NCBI GenBank assembly: GCA_963675525.2
Contig: CAXXSL010000001.1
Location: 192,001-256,000 of the forward strand
Direction: 5' to 3'
Origin: Anaerohalosphaeraceae bacterium
Lineage (GTDB): Bacteria; Planctomycetota; Phycisphaerae; Sedimentisphaerales; Anaerohalosphaeraceae
DNA: 64,000 bases
Part shown: positions 37,926-47,074 of the stretch, piece by piece
Layout of the letters: every line of letters begins with the position of its first letter
Numbering within the stretch: the stretch's first letter is position 1
Translations under genes and position numbers: made by a program
Notes under the pieces: generated by a model
Told to the model about the DNA's origin: nothing
What the model saw: only the letters and a program-made list of their open reading frames with translations
Database searches by the model: none

Positions 37926-39866
37926 ATGTCTGAAATTAAAAAACGAATAATTCTGTTCAGATACAGGATACTTTCGATAATCTGCATATTGGTCACCGCT
38001 TCGGTCTGTCCGGCCCAGCGGCAGATGGAAAACCTGACGCGCGGGGTGGTGGCGGTTAAGCAGGCGGACAAGGGAGTCTATATCGGCTGGCGGCTTTTCG
38101 GGACCGATCCGGAAGCCATCGCCTTTAATGTCTATCGTGTCGTTGAAAACGGCGAACCGGTCAAGGTCAACCCGAAACCGATTACGGATTCGACAAACTA
38201 TATAGACGCTCGGGCGGATATGCAAAAAACCCTACAGTATTTCATCCGGCCGGTGCTCGAGGGCAAAGAACTGCCTCCCTGCAAACCGGTCAGTGTGTGG
38301 GAGGATAATTATCTTGAAATCCCGATTCAGCCGATTGACAGCTACCGTCCCGGCGATGCTTCGATAGCCGATCTGGACGGTGACGGCGAATATGAAATTG
38401 TGCTCCATCAGGTTTCACGAGGCAGAGATAACTCCTTTGCCGGGCTAACCGGTATACCCATTCTTGACGCGTATGAGCTGGACGGAACTTTGCTGTGGCG
38501 GATCGATCTGGGTGTCAACATTCGCGATGGCGAGCATTATACCCAGTTTATGGTCTATGACCTGGATGGCGACGGCAAGGCGGAAGTTGCCTGCAAGACC
38601 GCCGACGGTACTAAGGATGGAATGGGGACAATCATCGGCGACAAGGACAAGGACTGGCGGACCCATAATGAAGGTGATGCGAGAGACGGGCGGATTCTGG
38701 AGGGTCCCGAATATTTTACGATTTTTGACGGGAAGACCGGGGCGGCGCTGAAAACGGTGGATTATATCCCTTCGCGGGATCCGATCAACGGCTGGGGCGG
38801 CATCGGCGGCAACGGCGGCAATGACAACTACGGCAACCGCTGCGACCGGTTCCTGGCCTGTATCGCTTACCTGGACGGCGAACGTCCGAGCGTGGTGATG
38901 TGCCGGGGGGTTTATGGGCGAACGGTTCTGGCCGCATGGGACTGGCGTGACGGCAAACTGACCAGCCGCTGGGTGTTTGATTCCGGCAGCAGCAATCCGC
39001 CGTTTAAGGATGCCTCGCCCTATTCGGGTATGGGTGGCCATAGCATCTCTGTGGCGGACGTGGACAATGACGGCAAAGACGAGATCATCTATCATGCGAT
39101 GGTCGTCGATGACAACGGTAAGGGGTTGTATTCAACGGGATTCCGGCACGGCGATGCACTGCATGTGGCGGATATGTATCCGGACCGACAGGGGCTGGAG
39201 ATATTGACGGTGCATGAAAACGAAGATGACACCGTGCGTTTTCAGACGCCGGGCGTGGTGATGCGGGATGCGGCGACAGGCAAGGTGCTTTGGAAATTCG
39301 GCCCCGGTGTGGATGTCGGTGGCGGGATTGCAGCCGATATCGACCCCACGTATCCTGGCTTTGAGGCATGGGACACCACCGGTGAACTGCGCGACGAAAG
39401 CGGGACGGTCATCGGCGCCGCTCCCCGGATGCGGGATTTTGTGATATGGTGGGATGGGGACCTGCTGCGGGAACTGCTGGGCGGTACAACGATCTATAAA
39501 TGGAACTGGAAAGAGAGCAGACCGGAGCAGATTTTTTCGACCGGTTCCGGTGGGCGACGACGGGGATGGGGGCGGCCCAACCTGATGGGCGATTTTGTCG
39601 GTGACTGGCGTGAGGAACTGTTGATTCCCGGACCGGACCGTCAATCATTGCGGTTGTATACGACCACCATCCCGACTGAATTTCGCATTTACACGCTGAT
39701 GCACGACCCGCAATACCGCCTGTCGATAGCGTGGCAGAACGTGGCTTATAACAAACCGCCGCACACCGGCTTTTATATCGGGACAAACATGGCGCCTCCC
39801 CCGAAACCAAACATTGTGCTCATCGGGAAGGGCGAAGCCGTCGCAGGGGTGCAGGAGAAGAAGTGA
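37926..39866 (+). CDS. Rhamnogalacturonan lyase PL11 (YesW/YesX-like), secreted
   Basis: QRQMENL.RGVVAV, DLDGDGEYEIV, NIR.G.HYTQFMVYDLDGDGKAEV, DNYGNRCDRFLA and TLMHDPQYRLSIAWQNVAYN.PPH. Confidence 0.92.
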   Translation: MSEIKKRIILFRYRILSIICILVTASVCPAQRQMENLTRGVVAVKQADKGVYIGWRLFGTDPEAIAFNVYRVVENGEPVKVNPKPITDSTNYIDARADMQKTLQYFIRPVLEGKELPPCKPVSVWEDNYLEIPIQPIDSYRPGDASIADLDGDGEYEIVLHQVSRGRDNSFAGLTGIPILDAYELDGTLLWRIDLGVNIRDGEHYTQFMVYDLDGDGKAEVACKTADGTKDGMGTIIGDKDKDWRTHNEGDARDGRILEGPEYFTIFDGKTGAALKTVDYIPSRDPINGWGGIGGNGGNDNYGNRCDRFLACIAYLDGERPSVVMCRGVYGRTVLAAWDWRDGKLTSRWVFDSGSSNPPFKDASPYSGMGGHSISVADVDNDGKDEIIYHAMVVDDNGKGLYSTGFRHGDALHVADMYPDRQGLEILTVHENEDDTVRFQTPGVVMRDAATGKVLWKFGPGVDVGGGIAADIDPTYPGFEAWDTTGELRDESGTVIGAAPRMRDFVIWWDGDLLRELLGGTTIYKWNWKESRPEQIFSTGSGGRRRGWGRPNLMGDFVGDWREELLIPGPDRQSLRLYTTTIPTEFRIYTLMHDPQYRLSIAWQNVAYNKPPHTGFYIGTNMAPPPKPNIVLIGKGEAVAGVQEKK

Positions 39867-39887
39867 TCTTCGTAACATTTTGATCAA

Positions 39888-39913
39888 GTAGCGGCACGGG
39901 CTTCCAGCCCGCG
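39888..39913. repeat. REP-like palindrome
   Basis: GTAGCGGCACGGGCTTCCAGCCCGCG: a GTAG tetranucleotide followed by a CGGGCT/AGCCCG stem. Confidence 0.4.
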
Positions 39914-40278
39914 TTAAAACTTTCAGGACGGTTGCGCCATGTAAGATTTATCAACCGTAATCTTATAAAAGATTCTAACAGGCAGCGGCAGCCGAAATCC
40001 GTCCGATAACTCACTTATCAAGCCGGTATTTTATATCCACAGAATTTTTTCCTTTAGACAAACCATTCATCGATACCCTCATCAATCGTTTAATTACTAA
40101 TACTGTGTCTTTAATATGTGATTTTATGTTTAAAGAAAAATCTTCACATTAATAAGAAAGCAATAAACGACGAAACATGAATGTTCCTTATATTCTGGAT
40201 TCTTAGAGCATATGGATCTTTAAAATCTTATATTAAAGCAATTGAAAAATATAACATTAACCTGAACAGGTAAAGATT

Positions 40279-42291
40279 ATGTTTAACTTCATACTAAAGT
40301 CGAAACTTATCCGATTCATATTTGCTTTTGGATTGATTTTGGGTCTTAGCATAGAGATGCGAGCAGAGGGAAATAGTGTTAGCGATGAAAACCTCTTCGA
40401 TATGTCTCTTGAGAATCTTATGGAAATCGAGATTTCCTCTTCGGCCCGTCGTCCTCAGTCCTTATCCCGTGCCTCCAGAGCCGTATACGTTATCACCGCT
40501 GAAGACATCCGACAGGCCGGTCCCGTCAGAATTGAAGACCTTTTCCGCATGGTGCCGGGGATGGATGTATTCCAGACAAAAGGGCTTGTTTCTCAGGTGG
40601 GCAGCCGAGGATACACTAAATGGAATAATGAGCGAATGCAGATCCTGGTGGACGGACGGCCTTTATATGATCCCTATCTTGGCGGCTCATTGCTTTATCT
40701 CAATCCGGTATTCCTGGATAATATTGAGCAGATCGAAGTCATCCGTGGCGCTGCCGGTGTGACTTGGGGCGTCAATGCCATGAACGGTGTGATCAATATC
40801 ATTACCAAGAAAGCGGCCGATACACAGGGCAGTTTGGTTTCCGGCAGCATCGGTAAGCAGCAAATGCGGAATGGATTTATTCGATACGGTGCGGCGGATG
40901 GACCTTTATCATGGCGAACCACGGTAGGTAACTTTTCTGACAATGGCTTTGCTCTGGAAAATGGTCAGCACATCCCGGACAATTATGACGCCTTTCAGGT
41001 TACGGGCCGGGGTGAATATAAGATCAATGACAACCAAACTCTGACCTTCGCCGGCGGGCACCAGAACGCATCATCTAATTCCGAACGTCTGCAATACATG
41101 AATTTCATCTGGGATAAACTCATGGATGACGGTGGTTCCTGGCAAGTACGCTGGACGGAAAGTTATATTTTTCGAAACAACAAAAAAAATTACTTCTCCA
41201 GCTCCAATAGCAGTCTCTTTACATTGGTGAACCTGCGTTCACATGAAGAGATCTTTGAGGTACAGCGAAACTACACCCACGAAAACCATAACGTTGTTTG
41301 GGGAGCCGATTATACACGGGATATTTACAGAAGCTCCACTCGTAATGATCAGGACAATACGATCCCGGATGACTTCGAAAATGACCAGGGAAGTCTCTTT
41401 ATTGAAGATGAAATTACACTGGCCGACAACCTGTGGTTTACAATAGGTTACCGGGGACACTATAATGAATTGACGCATTTCGATTGGGCAGCCAGTACCG
41501 CACTGGTCTGGGAATTCGTACCGAAACATTTCCTTAGAGGTGCAGTCTCTCGGTCGTTCAGAAGACCCACAATGTGGCAGGAATTTCGAACCGGTCCTGT
41601 GAAGTATAGTGGATTTCGAATCAATGGCGAAGGCAATGATTCGTTGCGTAATGAAACCCAGATTTCTTACGAAGTCGGTTATCGCGGACAGTTCACGGAT
41701 AATTTCTCTCTCAATATCGAAGGGTATCTCAACAAAGACAAGGATATGATGGCTCTCAGCAAAGGTTTGTACCAGGCATCGCAACCTTGGCTGCCCGGTT
41801 CAGCCTGGGTTGAAGAAGACTGGTATGACCATTGGAATAATACCTATGATGTAACAACGTACGGTCTCGAAACTTCATTTGATTGGGAACCGGCTGACTG
41901 GTGGATGATGAGAGGTTTTCATGTTTACACTCATCAAACGGGAAGAAACGAGTTGACCAACTGGCGTACGGGCGAAACAGGAATTATCCTAGGTCCCAAG
42001 CATCGAGTCGGTTTAACAAACCGCTTTAAACTGGATGACTCTACTACTCTGAACACACAATTATACTGGACTGACACGGCTACACCTTACGATGAGTATA
42101 TACAAGGGCAGCCTTTCTGGAGACTTGACGTTCGTCTGGCCAAAAGATTCTTGAATGATCGTGCCGAAATCGCAATTGGAGCGATGAATCTGCTGGACAA
42201 AAACCATTACGAGGGAGGTTATGACTGGGGAACCAGCAGCTACAACGAGGTTCCCCGTCAGCTTTATGTACAGTTCTTCTGCAATTTTTAA
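40279..42291 (+). CDS. TonB-dependent receptor (non-SusC type)
   Basis: Plug motifs AVYVITAEDIR, QILVDGR and IEQIEVIRG.AG.TWG.NAMNGVINIITK; NLLD.....; terminal Phe. Confidence 0.9.
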   Translation: MFNFILKSKLIRFIFAFGLILGLSIEMRAEGNSVSDENLFDMSLENLMEIEISSSARRPQSLSRASRAVYVITAEDIRQAGPVRIEDLFRMVPGMDVFQTKGLVSQVGSRGYTKWNNERMQILVDGRPLYDPYLGGSLLYLNPVFLDNIEQIEVIRGAAGVTWGVNAMNGVINIITKKAADTQGSLVSGSIGKQQMRNGFIRYGAADGPLSWRTTVGNFSDNGFALENGQHIPDNYDAFQVTGRGEYKINDNQTLTFAGGHQNASSNSERLQYMNFIWDKLMDDGGSWQVRWTESYIFRNNKKNYFSSSNSSLFTLVNLRSHEEIFEVQRNYTHENHNVVWGADYTRDIYRSSTRNDQDNTIPDDFENDQGSLFIEDEITLADNLWFTIGYRGHYNELTHFDWAASTALVWEFVPKHFLRGAVSRSFRRPTMWQEFRTGPVKYSGFRINGEGNDSLRNETQISYEVGYRGQFTDNFSLNIEGYLNKDKDMMALSKGLYQASQPWLPGSAWVEEDWYDHWNNTYDVTTYGLETSFDWEPADWWMMRGFHVYTHQTGRNELTNWRTGETGIILGPKHRVGLTNRFKLDDSTTLNTQLYWTDTATPYDEYIQGQPFWRLDVRLAKRFLNDRAEIAIGAMNLLDKNHYEGGYDWGTSSYNEVPRQLYVQFFCNF

Positions 42292-42527
42292 TCAATTCTC
42301 GATATCGGCTGGTTATGGCGGACATCATCAGGCCTAGACCCGAAGTCGACCATGATCCCGGGGGCAAAGGATTTGTCGCCCCCCGCGCAGACGCGGGTTC
42401 AGGACCAGAAAAAAAACAAAGTGTCCCAAAATGTGAATTTGTGGGCGAAATATGTTTCCCGGCGGACAAAATCATTCTATAATATCGCTGGAATCTAATT
42501 TTAACGGTCTTTTAGGTGAGAGAATCT

Positions 42528-42776
42528 ATGGGCAAAAAATTATATGTTGGGAATTTAAGTCCTGATGCAAACGAAGCAAGCCTGAAAACGCTGTTCTCTA
42601 TGTTCGGGGCGGTTGAAAGGGCGTATATCATACCTGACAAGGAAACCGGCAAGAGCAAGGGGTTTGGTTTTGTTGTTATGAGCAGCGATGAAGAGGCTCA
42701 AGCCGCCATCGGAGCTCTGGACGGTAAAAAGTGCGGTGAGTACACGGTTAGGGTCAGCGAAGCCAAGGGGAAATAA
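42528..42776 (+). CDS. RNA-binding protein (RRM)
   Basis: RNP2 LYVGNL and RNP1 KGFGFVVM. Confidence 0.93.
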   Translation: MGKKLYVGNLSPDANEASLKTLFSMFGAVERAYIIPDKETGKSKGFGFVVMSSDEEAQAAIGALDGKKCGEYTVRVSEAKGK

Positions 42777-42777
42777 A

Positions 42778-43050
42778 ATGACAGATGATCAGATTCAAAG
42801 CCCGGGGGATGACCTCTCGCCGGAGATGCTCAAACGGGCACTGAAGGCATTCAAGAAACGGCTCAAACTAACATCGCTGGATGAAGATTCCCGTCTGGGA
42901 CGTGGCCCGTTTTCCGGCGGTGCTCAGGGGGTCTGTGCCATTCAGCCGCCCAATCAATATCCGCCCGCTGTCTGGGAGGAACTATGCCGTCAGGGAAAAA
43001 TCCGCCACAGCGGTCACGGCCTATACGAGTTGCGACAGCCGAATAGCTAA
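42778..43050 (+). CDS. Small basic hypothetical protein
   Basis: ATG one base after the RRM stop; LKRALKAFKKRLKLT.LDE.SRLG..P...I.PP.QYP..VWEEL...GK.....GLYEL. Confidence 0.7.
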   Translation: MTDDQIQSPGDDLSPEMLKRALKAFKKRLKLTSLDEDSRLGRGPFSGGAQGVCAIQPPNQYPPAVWEELCRQGKIRHSGHGLYELRQPNS

Positions 43051-43134
43051 AGCCAACGAAAAAAAGAGCATACATTTGAAAAGCATATTTCTTGTCGAAA
43101 TAAATGTAATAAGATGCTGATGAAGGGCTTGGTA

Positions 43135-44280
43135 TTAACAATTAGCATCGAGCCTGAAAGTCTCTGACAGTTTCTCGAAAACCCCCGCCGGAGGCGACTG
43201 ACCTGCCGCCAGCCATAATCCCGGCGGCTCGGAGCGAAAAAGAAACAACGACAGAGTTGCGAGATGTTCGGTGGTGTTTTCAGCATAGACGACGGTTTCC
43301 CCTTGAGTCCATGTGTGCGTCAGGAAAGAAGCTGTTTGCTCGGGAGTCCGGGGGACAAAGATTCCCAGTTCATGCACTGATGTCGCTGTGATTTTCCAGG
43401 CTTTATACAGTTGGTATTTTTTGTTTTTTCCGGCGACTTTTCGTTTTGTATCAAAATCCATACACAAGATACAGAGGTCTTGAAGATCACGGACCCAGCG
43501 GAAATCATTTCGTGTCAGCTTCTCAAGGTTTTGAGAATGCTTTTTGAGAAGGGCGGCCCGTTCGAACTGCATCAATTGAGCAGTTTGGATCATTTCACGA
43601 TGAAGATTCTCAATCGTCGATTGGATATTTCCGGCAGCCGTTAAACAGGCTTGCTCGACGGCTTTCAAGTAGGCTCCTCGTTCCTTTTTTTGAAGGCAAG
43701 GGCCTGGGCAGGTTTCCATTTGCAGATAGGGACAACTCGCTTCTTTGCCGCTTTTGAGAAGTGATGGATTGCGGCATAAACCAAAGATGGTGTTGAGAGT
43801 TTCACAGAATGCAGCGGCGGCCTTACGGGTTGGAAAAAGTCCGAATACCTTGCGGTTTGGATGTGTTTTCGGATTCTCGGAGACATGTAAGAAGGGCAGG
43901 TAAGCATCCGTCTCTATCGCGGCAAATGAAGGCTTCGGCAACTGGATCCAGTTGTTGGCGCTTTTCTGAAAAACAGCATGAGCAGATCGAATATAAGTCA
44001 GTTGTAGTTGAAAATAATTATAACAGGTGATATAGAAAATCCTGGCTGTTAAAAAGGATAAGTCTGTTTTGCGACTTGAGGTTGTTGGTTCCTCGTGCAA
44101 TAATTTGGCCTGTACGGTTCGGCGAAGGTTGGCCGATTGCAGTAATTGAATCGGCCGGCCGGAAATATCCGCAAAAAGAAAGACACCCTTACAGGTCGGA
44201 AGACCCGAAAGGGTGTCTTTTGTCCATTTGTCTGACTGCCGGCACAAAGAGGCTTCGAAAAGCTCTTCGTATGAAACCAC
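43135..44280 (-). CDS. UvrC N-terminal-like protein (degenerate GIY-YIG, Cys cluster, UVR motif)
   Basis: LPTCKGVFLFAD, FGLF, FGLCR...CPY.QM.TCPGPC and M...A..MQFERAA.LK. Confidence 0.7.
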   Translation of the reverse strand: MVSYEELFEASLCRQSDKWTKDTLSGLPTCKGVFLFADISGRPIQLLQSANLRRTVQAKLLHEEPTTSSRKTDLSFLTARIFYITCYNYFQLQLTYIRSAHAVFQKSANNWIQLPKPSFAAIETDAYLPFLHVSENPKTHPNRKVFGLFPTRKAAAAFCETLNTIFGLCRNPSLLKSGKEASCPYLQMETCPGPCLQKKERGAYLKAVEQACLTAAGNIQSTIENLHREMIQTAQLMQFERAALLKKHSQNLEKLTRNDFRWVRDLQDLCILCMDFDTKRKVAGKNKKYQLYKAWKITATSVHELGIFVPRTPEQTASFLTHTWTQGETVVYAENTTEHLATLSLFLFRSEPPGLWLAAGQSPPAGVFEKLSETFRLDANC

Positions 44281-44282
44281 GT

Positions 44283-44756
44283 TTAGACCCTCATACCGCT
44301 GATCGTTGTATCAAATACCATTTGGTTATCCACATAGCCCTGAACAAGTGCTGAAAACTGTCGGCTGCGTACCTTGTTAATGTGTCCCATTAAATAGAGT
44401 CTGGAACCCGGTTCAACCGTACCGCGGAATTTTGTGTCACCGATGCCGGAAAAACCGATAAAGCCTTCCAACCCGTAGATGCGCTTCATGAAGAAACTGC
44501 ATAACTGAGCCGCCGCTTCCACCATGATAACTCCCGGCATGATGGGACGACCCGGAATATGGCCGCGAATCCAAAACTCGCTGTCGGTTACATCTTTGTA
44601 GCCAAGACACAGCATCTTATCCAAATCATGCCAGATGATGCCATCCAGTTGTGACATTTCATAGGATTGAGGATTCACCTCGGCAATCGCATTACGGTCA
44701 AATTCAATTTGACTTAAGTCAATTTTAGATAAATTAATTAACGGGGTCGGAGGCAT
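44283..44756 (-). CDS. FabA/FabZ-family 3-hydroxyacyl-ACP dehydratase
   Basis: EFWIRGHIPGRPIMPGVIMVEAAAQ and KFRG.V.PG hot-dog fold motifs. Confidence 0.85.
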   Translation of the reverse strand: MPPTPLINLSKIDLSQIEFDRNAIAEVNPQSYEMSQLDGIIWHDLDKMLCLGYKDVTDSEFWIRGHIPGRPIMPGVIMVEAAAQLCSFFMKRIYGLEGFIGFSGIGDTKFRGTVEPGSRLYLMGHINKVRSRQFSALVQGYVDNQMVFDTTISGMRV

Positions 44757-44815
44757 TCAGTCCTCATATTTTTGCAGTTATGGTTACAGTCAATGCGCAA
44801 TACACAATACAGAAC

Positions 44816-44838
44816 CGGCCCATTTACGGAGTGGGCCG
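44816..44838. terminator. Stem-loop downstream of the Hc1-like gene
   Basis: CGGCCCA...TGGGCCG hairpin. Confidence 0.5.
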
Positions 44839-44875
44839 ATTTTGCATAAAACCAAGGTTTTATTTCTGTATTGAA

Positions 44876-45049
44876 TTAATCTTCTGTGCGGAGCTCAAGA
44901 ACTTTATTGCGAACCGCCTGAGCTGCCTGCTTGATTGTTTGCATCTGCTTGCGAACGCGCGTTCCGGCAGCTTTATTTCCGCCTTCTGCCTTGTTGATGT
45001 CTGCTTCAGTTTCCGCTACCAATTGTTTCAGTTGTTCGTATTCCTGCAT
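44876..45049 (-). CDS. Histone H1-like Hc1 family small protein (57 aa; absent from the ORF track)
   Basis: MQEYEQLKQLVAETEADINKAEGGNKAAGTRVRKQMQTIKQAAQAVRNKVLELRTED, with the GNKAAGTR.RK signature and an AGGAGG RBS. Confidence 0.85.
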   Translation of the reverse strand: MQEYEQLKQLVAETEADINKAEGGNKAAGTRVRKQMQTIKQAAQAVRNKVLELRTED

Positions 45050-45153
45050 CAATCGTGCCTCCTAAGACAAATAAGGTTAAGATCAAAATTTATTACTGCC
45101 GAAAGTTTTACCTGAATCGGCAACTAAATGCAATTACAAAATTGGAAGAAAAA

Positions 45154-45630
45154 TTATCCAAAAAGCTTCCGAGTTAATTCCGCAATACGCTGGCCCCGGC
45201 GGACACATTGTTTCATCACACGATCATCCGGCTTGCCGATTGAGACAGGGCCGTAATGGTCGCCCTGCGGATCCCCCTGAATCACCATGCCGTGAATTAA
45301 CATCATGTTGTTGATTTCGCAAATGGTCGTTTCATTGCCGCCGCCAGTATTGGCTGAACTGCTGAAAGCGGCACCGACCTTTCCATCCAGCTTTCCGTGT
45401 TTGCTGACGGATTCATCGAATAGTGTGGCAACGGCAGCCGCCGCACGACCGTAATAAGTCGGAGAGCCAACGACAATGGCATCCGCATCAAGAAGCTCGT
45501 TTACTTTTGTTTCCGTGACACTTTTACATTTTGTAGAAAGACCGGATTGTTCCATCGCCTCGGCAATCGCTTTTGCCATCGCCTTGGTATTGCCGCTTTT
45601 TGAATAGTAAAGTACCAGTCCTTTGGCCAT
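45154..45630 (-). CDS. Flavodoxin-like NAD(P)H:quinone oxidoreductase (WrbA-like)
   Basis: YYSKSGNTKAMA, GSPTYYG and GKVGAAFSS...GGG.ET. Confidence 0.88.
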   Translation of the reverse strand: MAKGLVLYYSKSGNTKAMAKAIAEAMEQSGLSTKCKSVTETKVNELLDADAIVVGSPTYYGRAAAAVATLFDESVSKHGKLDGKVGAAFSSSANTGGGNETTICEINNMMLIHGMVIQGDPQGDHYGPVSIGKPDDRVMKQCVRRGQRIAELTRKLFG

Positions 45631-45631
45631 G

Positions 45632-46468
45632 TCATTTTCCTTTCATTGACGAATCCATTTCTAATGCTTGTATATTCTTACGAAAATGGGCCGGTGTTTC
45701 AACTGTAAAAACGGCGTTTTTAAACTTTTTATTCATTTTTAGGTCCAAAAACCGAATGTCGTAAATATCCCCCTGAGTCGAATAAGCCATAACACGAGTT
45801 GGAAGGTAGTTATTTGGGGCGATCCAAAAGTTAATTTTCGTGTATTCATCCTGATATTCTGAGTCTTTTTTAACAAGTAAAAGAAGTTGAATTGGTTTAT
45901 TGGGGTCTTTAACGGCAGAATCCTCCAGTGAGATATCGAAATCTTTCTGAAGCGTTTCGGCCCCGGAAAACCCGACAAGCGGGAAATTGTGGCTTATCAG
46001 CTCAAAAACATCAATAGGAGCATCCTCGGGGGCCTGCTGATACAAGTCAACCTGTTCGAGCTTGTAGTCCACTTTTGTCAACCAGACGCCGTCAAAATAG
46101 TAATCTTCTGTGTAGTCCTCAGGTTCGAAATCATCCTGCTGGATTTTGTCGAAACGAATCCGGAGTTTAGAACGGCCATTTTCTTTCAAGTAAAAGAGTT
46201 TTCCGGTCCGAAGCGTCTTTGATTCGAGAATGTCAGGATCCTGAATGAAAAGATAAGCGATGTTTGATTGGCATGATGTGAGCGTAGAAGAGGCTTTTGA
46301 TATATTCTTCAGGATATCATCCAATGCTCCCGTTTCAGATGTCGGGGTCATTATAGAATTGCTGTCTTGGACTTGGACACTTTTGGCCTCTGAACTGCAA
46401 CACTGAGCGGCGCATGCAAAAGCCGACAAAAGAAGCAGTAAGGCGGCCAGAATAAGTTTATGTTTCAT
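45632..46468 (-). CDS. LolA-like periplasmic lipoprotein-carrier-fold protein
   Basis: Signal peptide; G.L.Y......LRI.F, .FDG.WL and I.FWI.....LP.RV...F.D.KMN....A.F....P pattern. Confidence 0.6.
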   Translation of the reverse strand: MKHKLILAALLLLLSAFACAAQCCSSEAKSVQVQDSNSIMTPTSETGALDDILKNISKASSTLTSCQSNIAYLFIQDPDILESKTLRTGKLFYLKENGRSKLRIRFDKIQQDDFEPEDYTEDYYFDGVWLTKVDYKLEQVDLYQQAPEDAPIDVFELISHNFPLVGFSGAETLQKDFDISLEDSAVKDPNKPIQLLLLVKKDSEYQDEYTKINFWIAPNNYLPTRVMAYSTQGDIYDIRFLDLKMNKKFKNAVFTVETPAHFRKNIQALEMDSSMKGK

Positions 46469-46480
46469 TTTTTCTCCTGT

Positions 46481-47074
46481 TTATGAATTATTGATTTCCA
46501 CTATAATATCAAAAATTTGCTCTAAATGTAATATAGAAAAGTGTGCCAAAGCCTCAAATTTATCGGCATCCTCATGTGTTTTCAATAAAATGGAAATGGC
46601 CCCGGCATTATTGGCGGCCTGTACGTCATGCAGAAAATCTCCAACGACCAGCGTTTGGCGAGGCTGCACCCCAAATGTCTCACACAATGTTCGGACGCCG
46701 AAACCATCCGGCTTGGCAGGGCCGCTGTTTCGATCGACAATGGCATCAAAAATAAGGTTGTGTTTGCGGCTTACCAACAGGGCGTTTTTCATGGTATTGC
46801 GGGTCAGAATTCCGATCGGATAACCGTCTTGGCGCAGTCGCCCCAAAACCTCGGCTGCGTTATCATTGAGACGGGAGTTTTCCGCGGCGTATTTCTCATG
46901 TTTGATCAGGACCTGCTCAGCTTTGATGCGTTCTTGCGGCGACATTGTTTCGAGAGCCTCAAGTATCCCGATCGATTTTCCGTTAAGTCCCATTTCTGCT
47001 CGAATCTGATCAAAATTCAGCAGTGGCTTTGTCAAGGTTCCGTCTAAGTCAAATATTACTGCTTTAATTGTCAT
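46481..47074 (-). CDS. HAD family hydrolase (phosphoglycolate-phosphatase-like)
   Basis: IFDLDGTL, LTRN, KP and VGD...DV.AA..AG. Confidence 0.9.
   Translation of the reverse strand: MTIKAVIFDLDGTLTKPLLNFDQIRAEMGLNGKSIGILEALETMSPQERIKAEQVLIKHEKYAAENSRLNDNAAEVLGRLRQDGYPIGILTRNTMKNALLVSRKHNLIFDAIVDRNSGPAKPDGFGVRTLCETFGVQPRQTLVVGDFLHDVQAANNAGAISILLKTHEDADKFEALAHFSILHLEQIFDIIVEINNS

Noticed and set aside
40100..40135. dif (XerCD) site
   Set aside because: TTATGTTTAAA resembles a XerD arm, but there is no matching XerC arm; such matches are expected by chance in AT-rich DNA.
40279..42291. SusC of the xylan locus
   Set aside because: Too short (670 aa), lacks SusC-type motifs and has no susD neighbour.
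42300..42410. Structured ncRNA or riboswitch after the TonB receptor
   Set aside because: Only a GC-rich hairpin is visible. No SRP, tmRNA, RNase P or riboswitch consensus was recognised; an Rfam scan would be needed.
44780..45115. 111-aa plus-strand ORF
   Set aside because: Antisense to the Hc1-like gene, which has the RBS and the family signature.
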